Of a stretch of DNA of 64,000 nt, positions 26,347-39,664 are shown piece by piece. Position 1 is the stretch's first letter, and every line of letters starts with the position of its first letter. The notes below the pieces were generated by a model. The model was given only the letters and a program-made list of their open reading frames with translations, was not told where the DNA came from and searched no databases. The stretch comes from Octopus vulgaris. Its lineage: Eukaryota. Where the stretch lies: the NCBI GenBank assembly GCA_951406725.2, contig OX597815.1:205964001-206028000 (forward strand). The letters run 5' to 3'. The translations under genes and the position numbers were made by a program.

Positions 26347-26709
26347 ATAGGCGCAGGAGTGGCTGTGTGGTAAGTAGCTTGCTTACCAACCACATGGTTC
26401 CGGGTTCAGTCCCACTGCATGGCATCTTGGGCAAGTGTCTTCTGCTATAGCCCCGGGCCGACCAATGCCTTGTGAGTGTATTTGGTAGACGGAAACTGAA
26501 AGAAGCCTGTCGTATATATGTATATATATATATATGTATGTGTGTGTGTATGTGTTTGAGTGTCTGTGTTTGTCCCCCTAGCATTGCTTGACAACCGATG
26601 CTGGTGTGTTTACGTCCCCATCACTTAGCGGTTCGGCAAAAGAGACCGATAGAATAAGTACTGGGCTTACAAAGAATAAGTCCCGGGCTCGATTTGCTCG
26701 ACTAAAGGC
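26347..26709 (+). mobile_element. SINE family A, 3' end replaced by a SINE B tail
   Basis: Family A to gactaaaggc, then ttaatccgtttgtctgtcc... (B tail). Confidence 0.85.
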
Positions 26710-26821
26710 TTAATCCGTTTGTCTGTCCTTGTTTGTCCTCTCTGTGTTTAGCTCCTTGTGGGTAGTAAAGAAATAGGTTGGTAAGCAAGCTACTTACCAC
26801 ACAGCCACTCCTATGCCTATC

Positions 26822-27395
26822 ATCCATAGTTATTACACATCACACCACTTACTTGCATACTAAATCTGATTCACCTTATATTTAGTCTCAGCCCATCTGT
26901 ATGACCTCACTCATTTGCACTAACATTGCTCATCTAGCAGTGCATGTTTGCCTCTTTTCTATAAAACCTTTGCAAATCCTCAGTGCTAAATGCCCACATC
27001 TTCCTACCATGCAGCAGCGCAGTATGTACTTAAGCAGGGGACAATCTACCTTTTGCTCAAAGTGACAACCTCCTTGTGGTCATCAGGGCTTAAATAGCTC
27101 CCTGAACTTTTACTATCCTATTCTTATTCTTGAAACTACACTTTCAGAACACACTTCTCCACTACTGACCTGGGTGCCTGGGTAACAAAAGCTATTAATG
27201 ACTTCTGTAGAGTCTTCCAAGCATTGCAAGGAAATTACTCTGCTGGAGTTCTAACTTGTAAGCATCCTTGTGTATCTGCTGCAAAGTTTTTATTCCCCAT
27301 CAGTCTGCTTTTGGTTCCACTAGACATCTTGCACACCCATAGATGGCACTGAATATATCATAGGAAATATCTGCACACTCCTTTTCTATGTATTG
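26822..27395 (-). mobile_element. Decayed RTE-clade LINE fragment (post-RT region)
   Basis: EVINSFCYPGTQVSSGEVCSESVVSRIRIG**KFREL...AKGRL...TALLHGRKMWAFSTEDLQRF. Confidence 0.8.
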
Positions 27396-28934
27396 AGTAC
27401 AGCTTCAACAGTAAAAGAATGTAACTATATATTTAATTTGATAGTTTGCTATATCTACCACTCTAATACATTTTGTTATCACCACCACCACAATCATTTC
27501 CATTGATTTTTTTTCATTCATATATACCTTGTATAGAAACTTATATAAATTGTTACAAATGTTCAACATTGCTAGATATGTGAGATCTCAATGATGTGAT
27601 TGTTTATTTTTAGAGCGACACCATAGGATAGGTGGGAAATGTTGGATCTGTCCACTTGGAACATACAACAGGTAAAATATCTGGATTGGATATGGCCAGT
27701 TTAAATGGTAAAGGGTTAAGGATACAGTCTTCTACTCTCCCACTTGTCTCAAAGGTCCTATAAATGAGCACAAGCAATGCTTTCTTCCTAACTAAATGGT
27801 AAAAAAAATACAAAAAGAACTAAGTATATTTCAGTACAATGTCGTAAATGGCCCCAAAAACATTATCTATACACAGGGTATTTATATAGCAATAATGCAA
27901 GCAATAAAACCACACCAATACAATATTCACTTAAATCCTAGATTATAGCCTTATAAAGCGATAACCATGATGGAGACTTCATAACAAGCATAAAATCCTG
28001 CACCTGTATACAAACTTGACATGATTATATACTAGAAATGCAAGCATTCAATTCAAAAGCTTTTATATTAATGTGTTTCACAAAATATAATTTATATGAT
28101 ACACACATCATTGCTGTCACCAGCTGACCCACCAGATTAAACAACGTTACTATGATGTTTTATGCACTTTCAAACACCATAAATTGGAGGTTTCAATGTG
28201 CATAACACATCCTGGTATAAAATATGGGAAATAAATGTAACACTAGAAGAGACATGACTAATAGCATGCATAAAACAAACCCAAAGCAACATACCTGTAG
28301 CAATATCAAGCTATCAATATCATACCTGCAATCTAGCCATTACTTTCTGTTCTACATTCCTAAATAGCATATCCTATTCTCAACTCTCTCTATCAGTCAT
28401 TGGTAGTGGTGTTGGTGTTGGTGTTGGCAGTATTGGTATTTTCATTGGTGATGATAGTACCATTGCTGTCAGCATCATCATCAGTGGCAGCATCACAGTA
28501 CGCTCACATATCAATGGACAAAATATAAAAACTTGAGCCAGCAAGCTTGACCTGTTAGAAATCGCCCAATCTTCCTTTAATCGTATTCTGCTATCTTGGA
28601 AAACGGAAAACATATTTGATAATGTAGCCTTTTGCCTAAAAGAATAGTCGTAGCTGAAACAACTTTAATCACAAGTCTTCTCACTCAGAGTTTACCTGTG
28701 GATTAAACAACAAATAAAGACATCCATTGCTCACCTATAAACAAATTATTCATTCGCATGCACAATGAAGCAAAAACTCTCAAAATGTAAAGTAGGTTGG
28801 TCATCAGAGTGCAACAAATTATAGCAAGTTCTGGGCAACACTGTCCTGACCGTATCATTTTCAAAAACACAGGCATATTTCCAACACTCCAGCACATTAC
28901 TTCATTATCATCTCAACAACATTTTCTTTCCCAC

Positions 28935-29465
28935 TCATCATCATCATTTAACGTCCGTTTTCCATGCTAGCATGGGTTGGACGGTTTTAACTGAGGGCTG
29001 GCAACCAGATGGCTGCACGAGGCTCCAGTCTTGATCTGGCAGAGTTTCTACAGCTGGATGCCCTTTCTAACGGCAACCACTCCTAGAGTGTAGTGGGTGC
29101 TTTTTACGTGCCACCTGCACGGGGGCTAGTCAGGCGGTACTGGCAATGACTTCGCTCCAATCTTTTTACACATGCCACTGACACAGGTGCCAGTGAAGCG
29201 ACGTTGGTAACGATCACGCTCGAATGGTGCACTTTTACGTGCCACTGGTACGAAAGCCAGTTGGCTGTTCTGGCAACGATCACAACAATCATGCTCGGAT
29301 GGTGTTCTTGGCACCCCACTAGCACAGGGATAAGTGCCAGTAAGGCGACGCTGGTAACGATCATACTCGAATAGCCTCTCTGTCAACGATCACACTTGTA
29401 TGGTACTCTTTGCACCCTGCTAGCACAGATGCCAGTCATCGAAATTATTTTGATTTTCATTTTCA
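28935..29465 (-). mobile_element. Family D RTE-tailed element with tandem internal units
   Basis: tttaacgtccgttttccatgctagcatgggttggacgg ... gctttttacgtgccacc repeats. Confidence 0.8.
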
Positions 29466-30959
29466 TTTGTCAGTCTAGACAAATATTTAAATACTCAGCA
29501 ACACACAAAAATAGCAACAACATGAATAATTTCATTAGTCTGAGTCACAATACTGGGAAACACAGACAGAAATGAGACTAAAAGGGTAACTTTGGTCAGC
29601 TAGAACCTGCAGACATGCAGGAACTGATTGGATAGTAGAGAAAACACAACAGATTGTCACACTGTAATTCAACAAAATACCCAACAACATATCAGTGAGC
29701 ACAGTTTGATCTCCACCCAGGTAGAGATATAGAATATCTGAAACACTGAAACTGTGGATGACACCCTGTCGTTGAATTGGCCACATATGTGTTATATATA
29801 CCAATACTGACCAATATTATACCACAACAACCTCAGTAATCTTGTATAAAATGTTTATTTCTTCAGCTCTCTTTGGTAGTAAACACCATTTATCTTTTAA
29901 TTGTTAAGATAACCAGAAGTCGAATTAATTGGGCTTTAATTATTTAAGTTATTGTATTCATTTGTGTATGGTATATGCTTCTAGGGAAAAAAGTTCTAGT
30001 TCATGAAATACAGTGACTTCTTTAGTATTACAATATATGGGAAAAGGAGTGTTTAGTAAGATTTATTGTAATTGCTATATAAAATACATTGAAAATGATC
30101 ATGCACTCTAAAGGAAACAAAAAGCAATTTCAAATGTGATCTTTGAACTTTTCTGTGGTAGCTGTAAAAGTATACCTATAAAGTCAACATTGTGGAAATC
30201 ACACAACTAGGTTTTTTCTTCAAAAATCAATTTGATTTTGATAATGATGGAATAATTAAATAACTTTGTACCCAATTTCACAGATCAGTTCACACAATAA
30301 TGCATTCTTGGTCATGTTGCTATAAGAGAACAAAGTATTTTGTGTTTAGGTATGAAATTTTTAAAAACCATGTAACTTTTTTTTTATTAAGTTTTTGTTT
30401 TCTTTTAAATTGTCTTCAGATCAAATGTTTTAAGCTTCAGACATTCAAAATATGGCAGTTCTCTTTTAATTTGATAAAAAATTTTATTTTGATTTCTTAC
30501 AAATTCTTAATTGGAATCTTAATAAATTGAAATACAGTATCTTAAATTTCCCCCATTTTAATCTACTTCAATCAGTGTTTCATGCATAATATTTTTGGAT
30601 ATGAATTGTGAGGACACCATAAACTAGTATCTATTTATAGTACAAACTTTTGTCTAGATAAAAACAGGAAACACTGTTTCATTGCTACCGATGTCAATTA
30701 TATTTTACAATTACTTGATATCAACAACCACGAGGAAAATTTTTGCTGAATCTCGTCAGACATTGATCGATGCAGTCTCTAATGTAGACAACATATAATT
30801 TAGAGCTCAAATATATACTTATGTAATATAATGAATATTCACTATATTACTGAAGTCATAGAAAAATGTAACATCATTTTAGTGTCTTTAGCTCATTATA
30901 TATCAGTCAGGTTGTTTATAAGTTAATCTGGTAATGCTGTCCTAAATATAGTTAGCCAT

Positions 30960-33435
30960 CTTGGGCAACTGTTTTGTACAACAGTCCCAAGGCAGCTAAA
31001 GCCTTCTAAGTGAAAGTGAAAGAAGCCTACCATATATGTACGTGTGTGGTGGTGGTGGTAGTGGTGGTGGTGGTGGTGGTGGTGGTGGTGTGTGTGTGTG
31101 TGTGTGTGTTTTCTCTATTTAGCTTTGAGTTTATTTTGATCAGCCACCTTTTAGCAACGTTGTGTGAAGGGAAGTATTTTGTTTTGGTCAGCATTCTTTA
31201 AACCTTAAGAAGAATTTGCAGATTTTTCTTGTTGCAGATTTTGTGACCATTTGTAGCTTATGAATTAGGGAGTTGCATTCGTACTTTGCTCGTGGTAGGT
31301 TGGTATGTACCTTACTGCTTCAGTACTTATAGATATGAAACCGAAAGTGTATCTTGAGTACTGGGTTTACAAACTCCTCATCACTGGTGCATAGATATTT
31401 TCTTTCTTCTGTATTTTTCTGACCATACTGATGTCCAGATTGCAGATTTCCACAACAAAGCATGTTTTTTCCATGTCTCAGGCAACAATATCTGATCAGT
31501 CATGTTTTCACTTGGTGGCTGTTTTAATTTTTAAGTTCCACGAATGTTCTTTTGACCTGTTGGTCTCAATTATAGTCAATGTTTGTATGCATGCGTGCAT
31601 CTGTGTTTGGTTGCAATTGCACTTCTCCAAAATTGAGAAACACAAGCATACACTTAATTATGTGCAGTGATTTGTCATTTCTCCAGATAACAAATTATCC
31701 CCTGGCTCTGTTCCTTTAAAGACATGTACAGTCAGAGATCCCTTACTTGAAGAGCAGTGAGGGTTAACAACAGGAATGGCATCCAACTGTAAATGTAAGT
31801 TCTGATATCAATTTGTTCAACTAAACCCTCCAAGGTGGTGGCCCAGCAGGGCTGTAGTCCAATGACTGAAACAAGTAAAAGATAAAAGATACATAAATAA
31901 ATACAGTGCAGAATATCATCATCATCATTGTCATTTAAAGTCCATTGTCCATGCTGGCATAGGTTGGATGGTTTGACCAAAGCTGGTAAGCTGAGGGGCT
32001 GCACCAGACTCAAGTCTGATTTGGCATGGTTTCTACAGATGGATGCCCTTCCTAATGCCAACCACTGTGAGAGTGTAATGAGTGCTTTGACATACCACTG
32101 GCACGGGTGCCAGTTGTGTGATACCACTATCTACCATGATTATGATTTCACTTGGCTTGGTGGGTTTTCTTCTCAAGCACTGCATATTCACAAAGGTCTC
32201 GGTCATTTGTCATTGCCTCCATGAGGCCCAACGCTCGAAAGATGCTTTTTACACACCACCAGCATAGATGCTAGCTACACGACATCAACATCAGCCACAT
32301 TGTCTCCGTGAGACCCAATGTAATAAATATAATTTTCGTTTTCTGCAAATAATATCATTTTAATTGCTAACAAATTAGAACATGGTCTCTGGTTTTAGTT
32401 AACTATTTTAGCGAGTAATTCCCAAGTTAGGAACTTATTTTTAACATCTAATTTGTCATATTCTTGCTTCATCCCCCCTCCCGAATCTTTAGTCTGAGTG
32501 ATTAATAATAATAATTACTTAATTAAACAAGAAATATTCCAAACAGTAATTCATATGTAAATAAACAAACAAACTCTTGACTAGAATGACACAATCGTGT
32601 GCTACTTGAGTGTTTTTCTCTTAATCAGTGTTTGCTCTGGGAGAAATGTTTGTGAATTGCCTTGATATTTTCGATTACAGTTAATTAATATAAGTATTTG
32701 GGAATAGAATACCAATCCCAGAACAATACGTTGAAGCTCTCTTGTTATGATAATAAATAAAAAAAACGGAAAATATACTACCAATAATTACTATTCGGTT
32801 TTCAGTATGTTATTAATAACTGTTAGTCTCTGGAAGTTAGGAATGTTCTCTGTTTTAAATAGGCAAATGAGAATTCTCTTAATGTGTCTATTTTTGATGT
32901 GATTTATTAATTTTATGCCTGCCTGAAGAGACTGCTACCTTATATATACATGTTCACTCACACACAACTTATGTATGTATGTTATACACATATATACACA
33001 CATACCCCTCACACATACATACACATAGAGTATTACTATATTTTTTACTTAACTATATCTATGTTGTATGGACATTAGCACTCTGATATTAAATGTCAAC
33101 AACATGATAGGAAAGGCAGCGACTGAAGAGATGCTACTTTAATGAAGGCCACTAAATATACAATAAATAAATCAGGAGTAATGGACTTAGGAAAAAAGAG
33201 CTTGAAGATGATTGATGTGATTGAGAAATGATAGCATGGATATAGCAGACATGCAGTATGGAAAGAAGAATGTATATAACAGACATCTGTTATTTAATAT
33301 TTATGGAGCATAAAGAAACATGGTTCCAGGTTCAGTCCCACTGCATGGCATCTTGGGCAAGTGTCTTCTACTATAGCCTTGGGCTGAACAAAGCCCTGTG
33401 AGTGCATTTGGTAGATGGAAACTGAAAGAAGCCCG

Positions 33436-33485
<50 letters not shown>

Positions 33486-33595
33486 TAATAATAATATTAG
33501 GGAATAAATCCAAACTTACAGGGAAAAATTAGATTTAGGATTAAATCCAATTTTATAGTATAAATATATATATATATATATTATATTAAATTAGA
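30960..33595. repeat. Copy 1 of ~2.63-kb direct duplication flanking the assembly gap
   Basis: Near-identical to 33696-36329. Confidence 0.95.
31195..31720 (-). mobile_element. Decayed RLE-type non-LTR retrotransposon 3' end (REL endonuclease region), duplicated at ~33931-34456
   Basis: WNLKIKTATK*KHD*SDIVA*D..TCFVVEIC..KKENIYAPVMRSL..YSRYTFGFISI...KLQM...KICKFF resembles the PD..D/E..K restriction-like endonuclease C-terminus. Confidence 0.6.
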
Positions 33596-33695
33596 NNNNN
33601 NNNNNNNNNNNNNNNNNNNNNNNNNNNNNNNNNNNNNNNNNNNNNNNNNNNNNNNNNNNNNNNNNNNNNNNNNNNNNNNNNNNNNNNNNNNNNNN
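33596..33695. other. Assembly gap (100 N)
   Basis: Run of N. Confidence 1.
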
Positions 33696-36329
33696 CTTGG
33701 GCAACTGTTTTGTACAACAGTCCCAAGGCAGCTAAAGCCTTCTAAGTGAAAGTGAAAGAAGCCTACCATATATGTACGTGTGTGGTGGTGGTGGTAGTGG
33801 TGGTGGTGGTGGTGGTGGTGGTGGTGTGTGTGTGTGTGTGTGTGTTTTCTCTATTTAGCTTTGAGTTTATTTTGATCAGCCACCTTTTAGCAACGTTGTG
33901 TGAAGGGAAGTATTTTGTTTTGGTCAGCATTCTTTAAACCTTAAGAAGAATTTGCAGATTTTTCTTGTTGCAGATTTTGTGACCATTTGTAGCTTATGAA
34001 TTAGGGAGTTGCATTCGTACTTTGCTCGTGGTAGGTTGGTATGTACCTTACTGCTTCAGTACTTATAGATATGAAACCGAAAGTGTATCTTGAGTACTGG
34101 GTTTACAAACTCCTCATCACTGGTGCATAGATATTTTCTTTCTTCTGTATTTTTCTGACCATACTGATGTCCAGATTGCAGATTTCCACAACAAAGCATG
34201 TTTTTTCCATGTCTCAGGCAACAATATCTGATCAGTCATGTTTTCACTTGGTGGCTGTTTTAATTTTTAAGTTCCACGAATGTTCTTTTGACCTGTTGGT
34301 CTCAATTATAGTCAATGTTTGTATGCATGCGTGCATCTGTGTTTGGTTGCAATTGCACTTCTCCAAAATTGAGAAACACAAGCATACACTTAATTATGTG
34401 CAGTGATTTGTCATTTCTCCAGATAACAAATTATCCCCTGGCTCTGTTCCTTTAAAGACATGTACAGTCAGAGATCCCTTACTTGAAGAGCAGTGAGGGT
34501 TAACAACAGGAATGGCATCCAACTGTAAATGTAAGTTCTGATATCAATTTGTTCAACTAAACCCTCCAAGGTGGTGGCCCAGCAGGGCTGTAGTCCAATG
34601 ACTGAAACAAGTAAAAGATAAAAGATACATAAATAAATACAGTGCAGAATATCATCATCATCATCATTGTCATTTAAAGTCCATTGTCCATGCTGGCATA
34701 GGTTGGATGGTTTGACCAAAGCTGGTAAGCTGAGGGGCTGCACCAGACTCAAGTCTGATTTGGCATGGTTTCTACAGATGGATGCCCTTCCTAATGCCAA
34801 CCACTGTGAGAGTGTAATGAGTGCTTTGACATACCACTGGCACGGGTGCCAGTTGTGTGATACCACTATCTACCATGATTATGATTTCACTTGGCTTGGT
34901 GGGTTTTCTTCTCAAGCACTGCATATTCACAAAGGTCTCGGTCATTTGTCATTGCCTCCATGAGGCCCAACGCTCGAAAGATGCTTTTTACACACCACCA
35001 GCATAGATGCTAGCTACACGACATCAACATCAGCCACATTGTCTCCGTGAGACCCAATGTAATAAATATAATTTTCGTTTTCTGCAAATAATATCATTTT
35101 AATTGCTAACAAATTAGAACATGGTCTCTGGTTTTAGTTAACTATTTTAGCGAGTAATTCCCAAGTTAGGAACTTATTTTTAACATCTAATTTGTCATAT
35201 TCTTGCTTCATCCCCCCTCCCGAATCTTTAGTCTGAGTGATTAATAATAATAATTACTTAATTAAACAAGAAATATTCCAAACAGTAATTCATATGTAAA
35301 TAAACAAACAAACTCTTGACTAGAATGACACAATCGTGTGCTACTTGAGTGTTTTTCTCTTAATCAGTGTTTGCTCTGGGAGAAATGTTTGTGAATTGCC
35401 TTGATATTTTCGATTACAGTTAATTAATATAAGTATTTGGGAATAGAATACCAATCCCAGAACAATACGTTGAAGCTCTCTTGTTATGATAATAAATAAA
35501 AAAAACGGAAAATATACTACCAATAATTACTATTCGGTTTTCAGTATGTTATTAATAACTGTTAGTCTCTGGAAGTTAGGAATGTTCTCTGTTTTAAATA
35601 GGCAAATGAGAATTCTCTTAATGTGTCTATTTTTGATGTGATTTATTAATTTTATGCCTGCCTGAAGAGACTGCTACCTTATATATACATGTTCACTCAC
35701 ACACAACTTATGTATGTATGTTATACACATATATACACACATACCCCTCACACATACATACACATAGAGTATTACTATATTTTTTACTTAACTATATCTA
35801 TGTTGTATGGACATTAGCACTCTGATATTAAATGTCAACAACATGATAGGAAAGGCAGCGACTGAAGAGATGCTACTTTAATGAAGGCCACTAAATATAC
35901 AATAAATAAATCAGGAGTAATGGACTTAGGAAAAAAGAGCTTGAAGATGATTGATGTGATTGAGAAATGATAGCATGGATATAGCAGACATGCAGTATGG
36001 AAAGAAGAATGTATATAACAGACATCTGTTATTTAATATTTATGGAGCATAAAGAAACATGGTTCCAGGTTCAGTCCCACTGCATGGCATCTTGGGCAAG
36101 TGTCTTCTACTATAGCCTTGGGCTGAACAAAGCCTTGTGAGTGCATTTGGTAGATGGAAACTGAAAGAAGCCCATCATATATATGTATATGTATGTATAT
36201 ATATATATATATATATATAATAATAATAATATAGGGAATAAATCCAAACTTACAGGGAAAAATTAGATTTAGGATTAAATCCAATTTTATAGTATAAATA
36301 TATATATATATATATTATATTAAATTAGA
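33696..36329. repeat. Copy 2 of ~2.63-kb direct duplication
   Basis: Starts exactly at the gap edge. Differs mainly by microsatellite length and a few SNPs. Confidence 0.95.
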
Positions 36330-36468
36330 AATAAAACCACTATTATGCAAATCAAAAGTGAAAAACATAAGCCAATACATAAAATTAATTTTAAAAATAA
36401 ATTAATTTTATGTATTCTTATGTTTTTCACTGTTTGATTTGCATAATAGTGGTTTTATCTCAAATTTA

Positions 36469-36480
<12 letters not shown>
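36310..36480. repeat. AT-rich inverted repeat (~80-bp arms, 7-nt loop)
   Basis: ataaaaccactattatgcaaatcaaa...cataaaattaattt / aaattaattttatg...tttgatttgcataatagtggttttat. Confidence 0.9.
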
Positions 36481-36535
<55 letters not shown>

Positions 36536-36723
36536 ACACAGACCTGCATGCACGCACATACCCACACATACACACACATACCTCCTTCTCTCGCACTCTC
36601 CTGTCTTTGAAAGAACCTTTTCTTCACCCATTCCCTTCTGATCATTTCAATATGTGATCGCGTGTGTATTGTTGGCAATTTTCTTTCTCCGTCTTCCCTT
36701 CCTTGGACCTTTCCTTGTTCTAT

Positions 36724-36758
36724 GTTTCTGATGAAGAGCTCCGCTCAAAACATTAAAT
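36724..36758 (+). ncRNA. Minimal type I hammerhead motif (G12 to A, degenerate) in a Penelope-like terminal repeat (~36580-36862)
   Basis: GTTT-CTGATGA-A-GAGC-TCC-GCTC-AAAA-CA-TT-AAAT. Paralogous to 61494-61528. Confidence 0.65.
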
Positions 36759-36862
36759 CCACCTTCTTTCTTTCCTTTCCCGAGTGTCCAATAACACTAT
36801 ACTTGTTCCACATCCTCGCATTGTTGTGTTTTCTCTTTGTGTTTTCATGTTTGGATTAACTA

Positions 36863-36908
<46 letters not shown>

Positions 36909-37486
36909 GTGTGTATATGTTTGTGTGTCTTTGTTTGTCCCCCCAACATCGCTTGACAACCGATGCTGGTGTGTGTGTTTACGTCCCGGTAATGTAGCGG
37001 TTCTGCAAAAGAGACCAATAGAATAAGTACTAGGCTTACAAAGAATAAGTTCTGCAATCGATTTGCTCGACTAAAGGCGGTGCTCTAGCATGGCCGCAGT
37101 CAAATGACTGAAACAAGCAAATGAGTAAAAGAGTAAATCAACACCAGTCGTCAAGTGGTGACAGGGGACAAAGACACACACACACACACATGCATGCACA
37201 TGCACACACACACATTGCTGGTGCTGGCACTATATAAAGAGCTCCCAGTCTATTCTGTAAAGTGGTTGGCATCAGGAAAGACATCCAGCCATAAAAACCA
37301 TGCCAAAACAGACTGTGGAGCTTGATGCAGTCCTTTGTCTTGCTAGCTCTTGTCAAACTGTCCAACCCATGCAAGCATGGAAGATGGATGTTAAATGATG
37401 ATAATGATGTCTGTCCTTGTTTGTCCCCTCTGTGTGTGGCCCCTTGTGGGTAGTAAAGAAATAGATAATGATATATATACATGATC

Positions 37487-37965
37487 AGAATCGAAATCGA
37501 TCAATGGAAATTGCAGATGTGTTGCCAGTGCCGGTGGCATGTCGAAACTCTACTTGTGAAGACCCGTTGAGGCAAGAATGGAAATCGATCAATGGAAATT
37601 GCAGATGTGTTACCAGTGCCGGTGGCATGTAAGAGAACCTTCCGTTTCGCGACCGTTGCCAGCACCGCCCCGTTTCGTGTCCGTTGCCAGCCTCGCCTGG
37701 CCCTCGTGCTGGTGGCACATAAAAAGCACCATCCGTTCGTGGCCGTTTGCCAGCTCTGTCTGGCACCTGTGCGGGTGGCACGTAAAAAGCACCCACTACA
37801 CTCACGGAGTGGTTGGCGTTAGGAAGGGCATCCAGCTGTAGAAACACTGCCAGATTTGACTGGGCCTGATGAAGCCTTCTGGCTTCCCAGACCCCAGTAG
37901 AACCGTCCAATCCATGCTAGCATGGAAAACGGACGCTAAACGATGATGATGATGATGATGATGAT
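37487..37965 (+). mobile_element. Family D RTE-tailed element
   Basis: Same internal units and tail as 2990-3457. Confidence 0.8.
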
Positions 37966-38115
37966 CTTTCAGTTTTTTTCTACATAATTCACTCAGGAAG
38001 CTTTAGTTGGCCTGGAGTTAGAGTAGTAGATATTTGCCCAAGGTGTCTTGCAGTGGGCTTGAACCCAAGATCATGTGGTTGAGAAGTAAACTTCTTATCA
38101 CACAGCCAATCCTAT

Positions 38116-38419
38116 ACGTTATTTACATTATTCACATTCGACGGATATTTGTCATCATCTTGTTTGTTGTTAACACAACATTTCGGCTGATATACCCTCC
38201 AGTCGTCATCAGGTGTCTTGGGGAAATTTTGAACCTGGGTTCTCATTCCTAAGGTATTTTGTCTTCATCGCCGCCGCCACCTCCTCCTCCTCCTCCTCTG
38301 CCGCCGCCGCTGCTGCGACTGTTGTTGTTGTTGTTATTATTATTAAGGTCACTGCATGGAATTGAACTCGGAATCTTGGGGTTAGTAGTCCGCGCTCTTA
38401 ACCACTACACCATAAGCCC
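38116..38419 (-). mobile_element. tRNA-derived SINE-like element carrying a hammerhead ribozyme
   Basis: Head GGGCTTATGGTGTAGTGGTTAAGAGCGCGGACTACTAACCCCAAGATTCCGAGTTCAATTCC (A/B boxes), microsatellite linker, hammerhead at 38172-38217, AATGT(A/G)AAT-repeat tail. Confidence 0.8.
38172..38217 (-). ncRNA. Minimal type I hammerhead ribozyme
   Basis: GACAC-CTGATGA-C-GACTG-GAGGGTATAT-CAGCC-GAAA-TG-TT|GTGTT. Core intact, stem I 5 bp, stem II 4 of 5 bp, GUU cleavage triplet. Confidence 0.78.
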
Positions 38420-38845
38420 GTCTATGTCTGTTAAGAAGGAGAGCAGGGGAAAGGGGGTTGGAATTAGATTAGCTCTTACAAACTAAGGATGAGATGTGAG
38501 AACGGGACTTGTTGAAATCTTGAACCTATTCAGCTTATGTCATCTTTGAGAAGTAAATGTTAAACCAAAGATTATTTTGATAATATTGCATTAATAAGTG
38601 ACATTAATCAGTGGCTGTGTGGTTAAGAAGCTTGCTTCCCAACCATATGGTCTTGAGGTCTTGAGTTCAGTCCCATCCTGTGATACCTTATAACCCTGGG
38701 CTGACCGAAAACTTGTGAGTGTGTCTGGGGAATAGAGGCTGAAGGAGGCTGGTGTACATCTTTGTGCATGTGTCTTTGTGTTTGTGTCCACCACCACTTG
38801 ACAACTGGTATTTCTTTGTTTACATCCCTGTAACTTGGCAGCTCA

Positions 38846-39103
38846 TGGAGGCACATGGCTTAGTGGTTAGGGTGTTAGCATCATGATCGTAAGATTGTGG
38901 TTTTGATTCCTGGACCGGGCGACACATTGTGTTCTTGAGCAAAACACTTCATTTCACGTTGCTCCAGTCCACTCAGCTGGCAAAAATGGATAATGCTGCG
39001 ATGGACTGGCGTCCCGTCCAGCTGGGGATCATATACGCCATTGAAACTGGGAAACAGGGTCCATGAGCCTGGCTACGCTTGAAAAGGGCGCATTTATTAT
39101 TTA
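38846..39103 (+). mobile_element. SINE family C nested in an old family A copy (~38605-39255)
   Basis: 15-bp TSD TAACTTGGCAG(C/T)TCA at 38831-38845 and 39104-39118. Confidence 0.88.
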
Positions 39104-39630
39104 TAACTTGGCAGTTCACCAAAAGAGACTGACAATATAAGTCCCTGACCTAATAACTATTGGGGTTGATTTGTTTGACTAAACCCTTCAAGGTGGTGCT
39201 CCAGCATGACCATTGTCCTATGACCGAAACAGGTAAATGATAAAATACAAAAGATATACTGTTGTTATTTTATGTTTGTATTTTCCTTGACATGTCTTCT
39301 ATTTAGCTCTCAAACCTTCATCTGGGAGTAATTCCTTTTTAGGGTAACACACATGTGTGCTGAAGGTAGTGCTGTACTCCTCTGAATGCAGGAATTGATG
39401 TCTTGTAAAAGGCAGTGAAGCAGCTCTGTAGGTGTTTTGGTTTCTTCCTTCACAACACCAAAGCTACCTGGGTCTACCTACCAATGTAGACCAAAAAAAA
39501 CTCCTGCACAAAAGTACAAGCTTTGATGAGTCAGATGTTTTGACTCTGGGCCAAATACTTTTAAAAAATTACAATTTCGGCTTGCATAAATTTTTTCTAC
39601 AGAAGAAAATAAAAGGCAGAGAGAGAGGTG

Positions 39631-39664
<34 letters not shown>

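Noticed and set aside
32915-33100. Possible hammerhead with microsatellite-expanded stem II (CTGAAGA-GACTGCTA ... TAGCACTC-TGATA), duplicated near 35660
   Set aside because: No GAAA box and no stem I pairing, so too degenerate to call.
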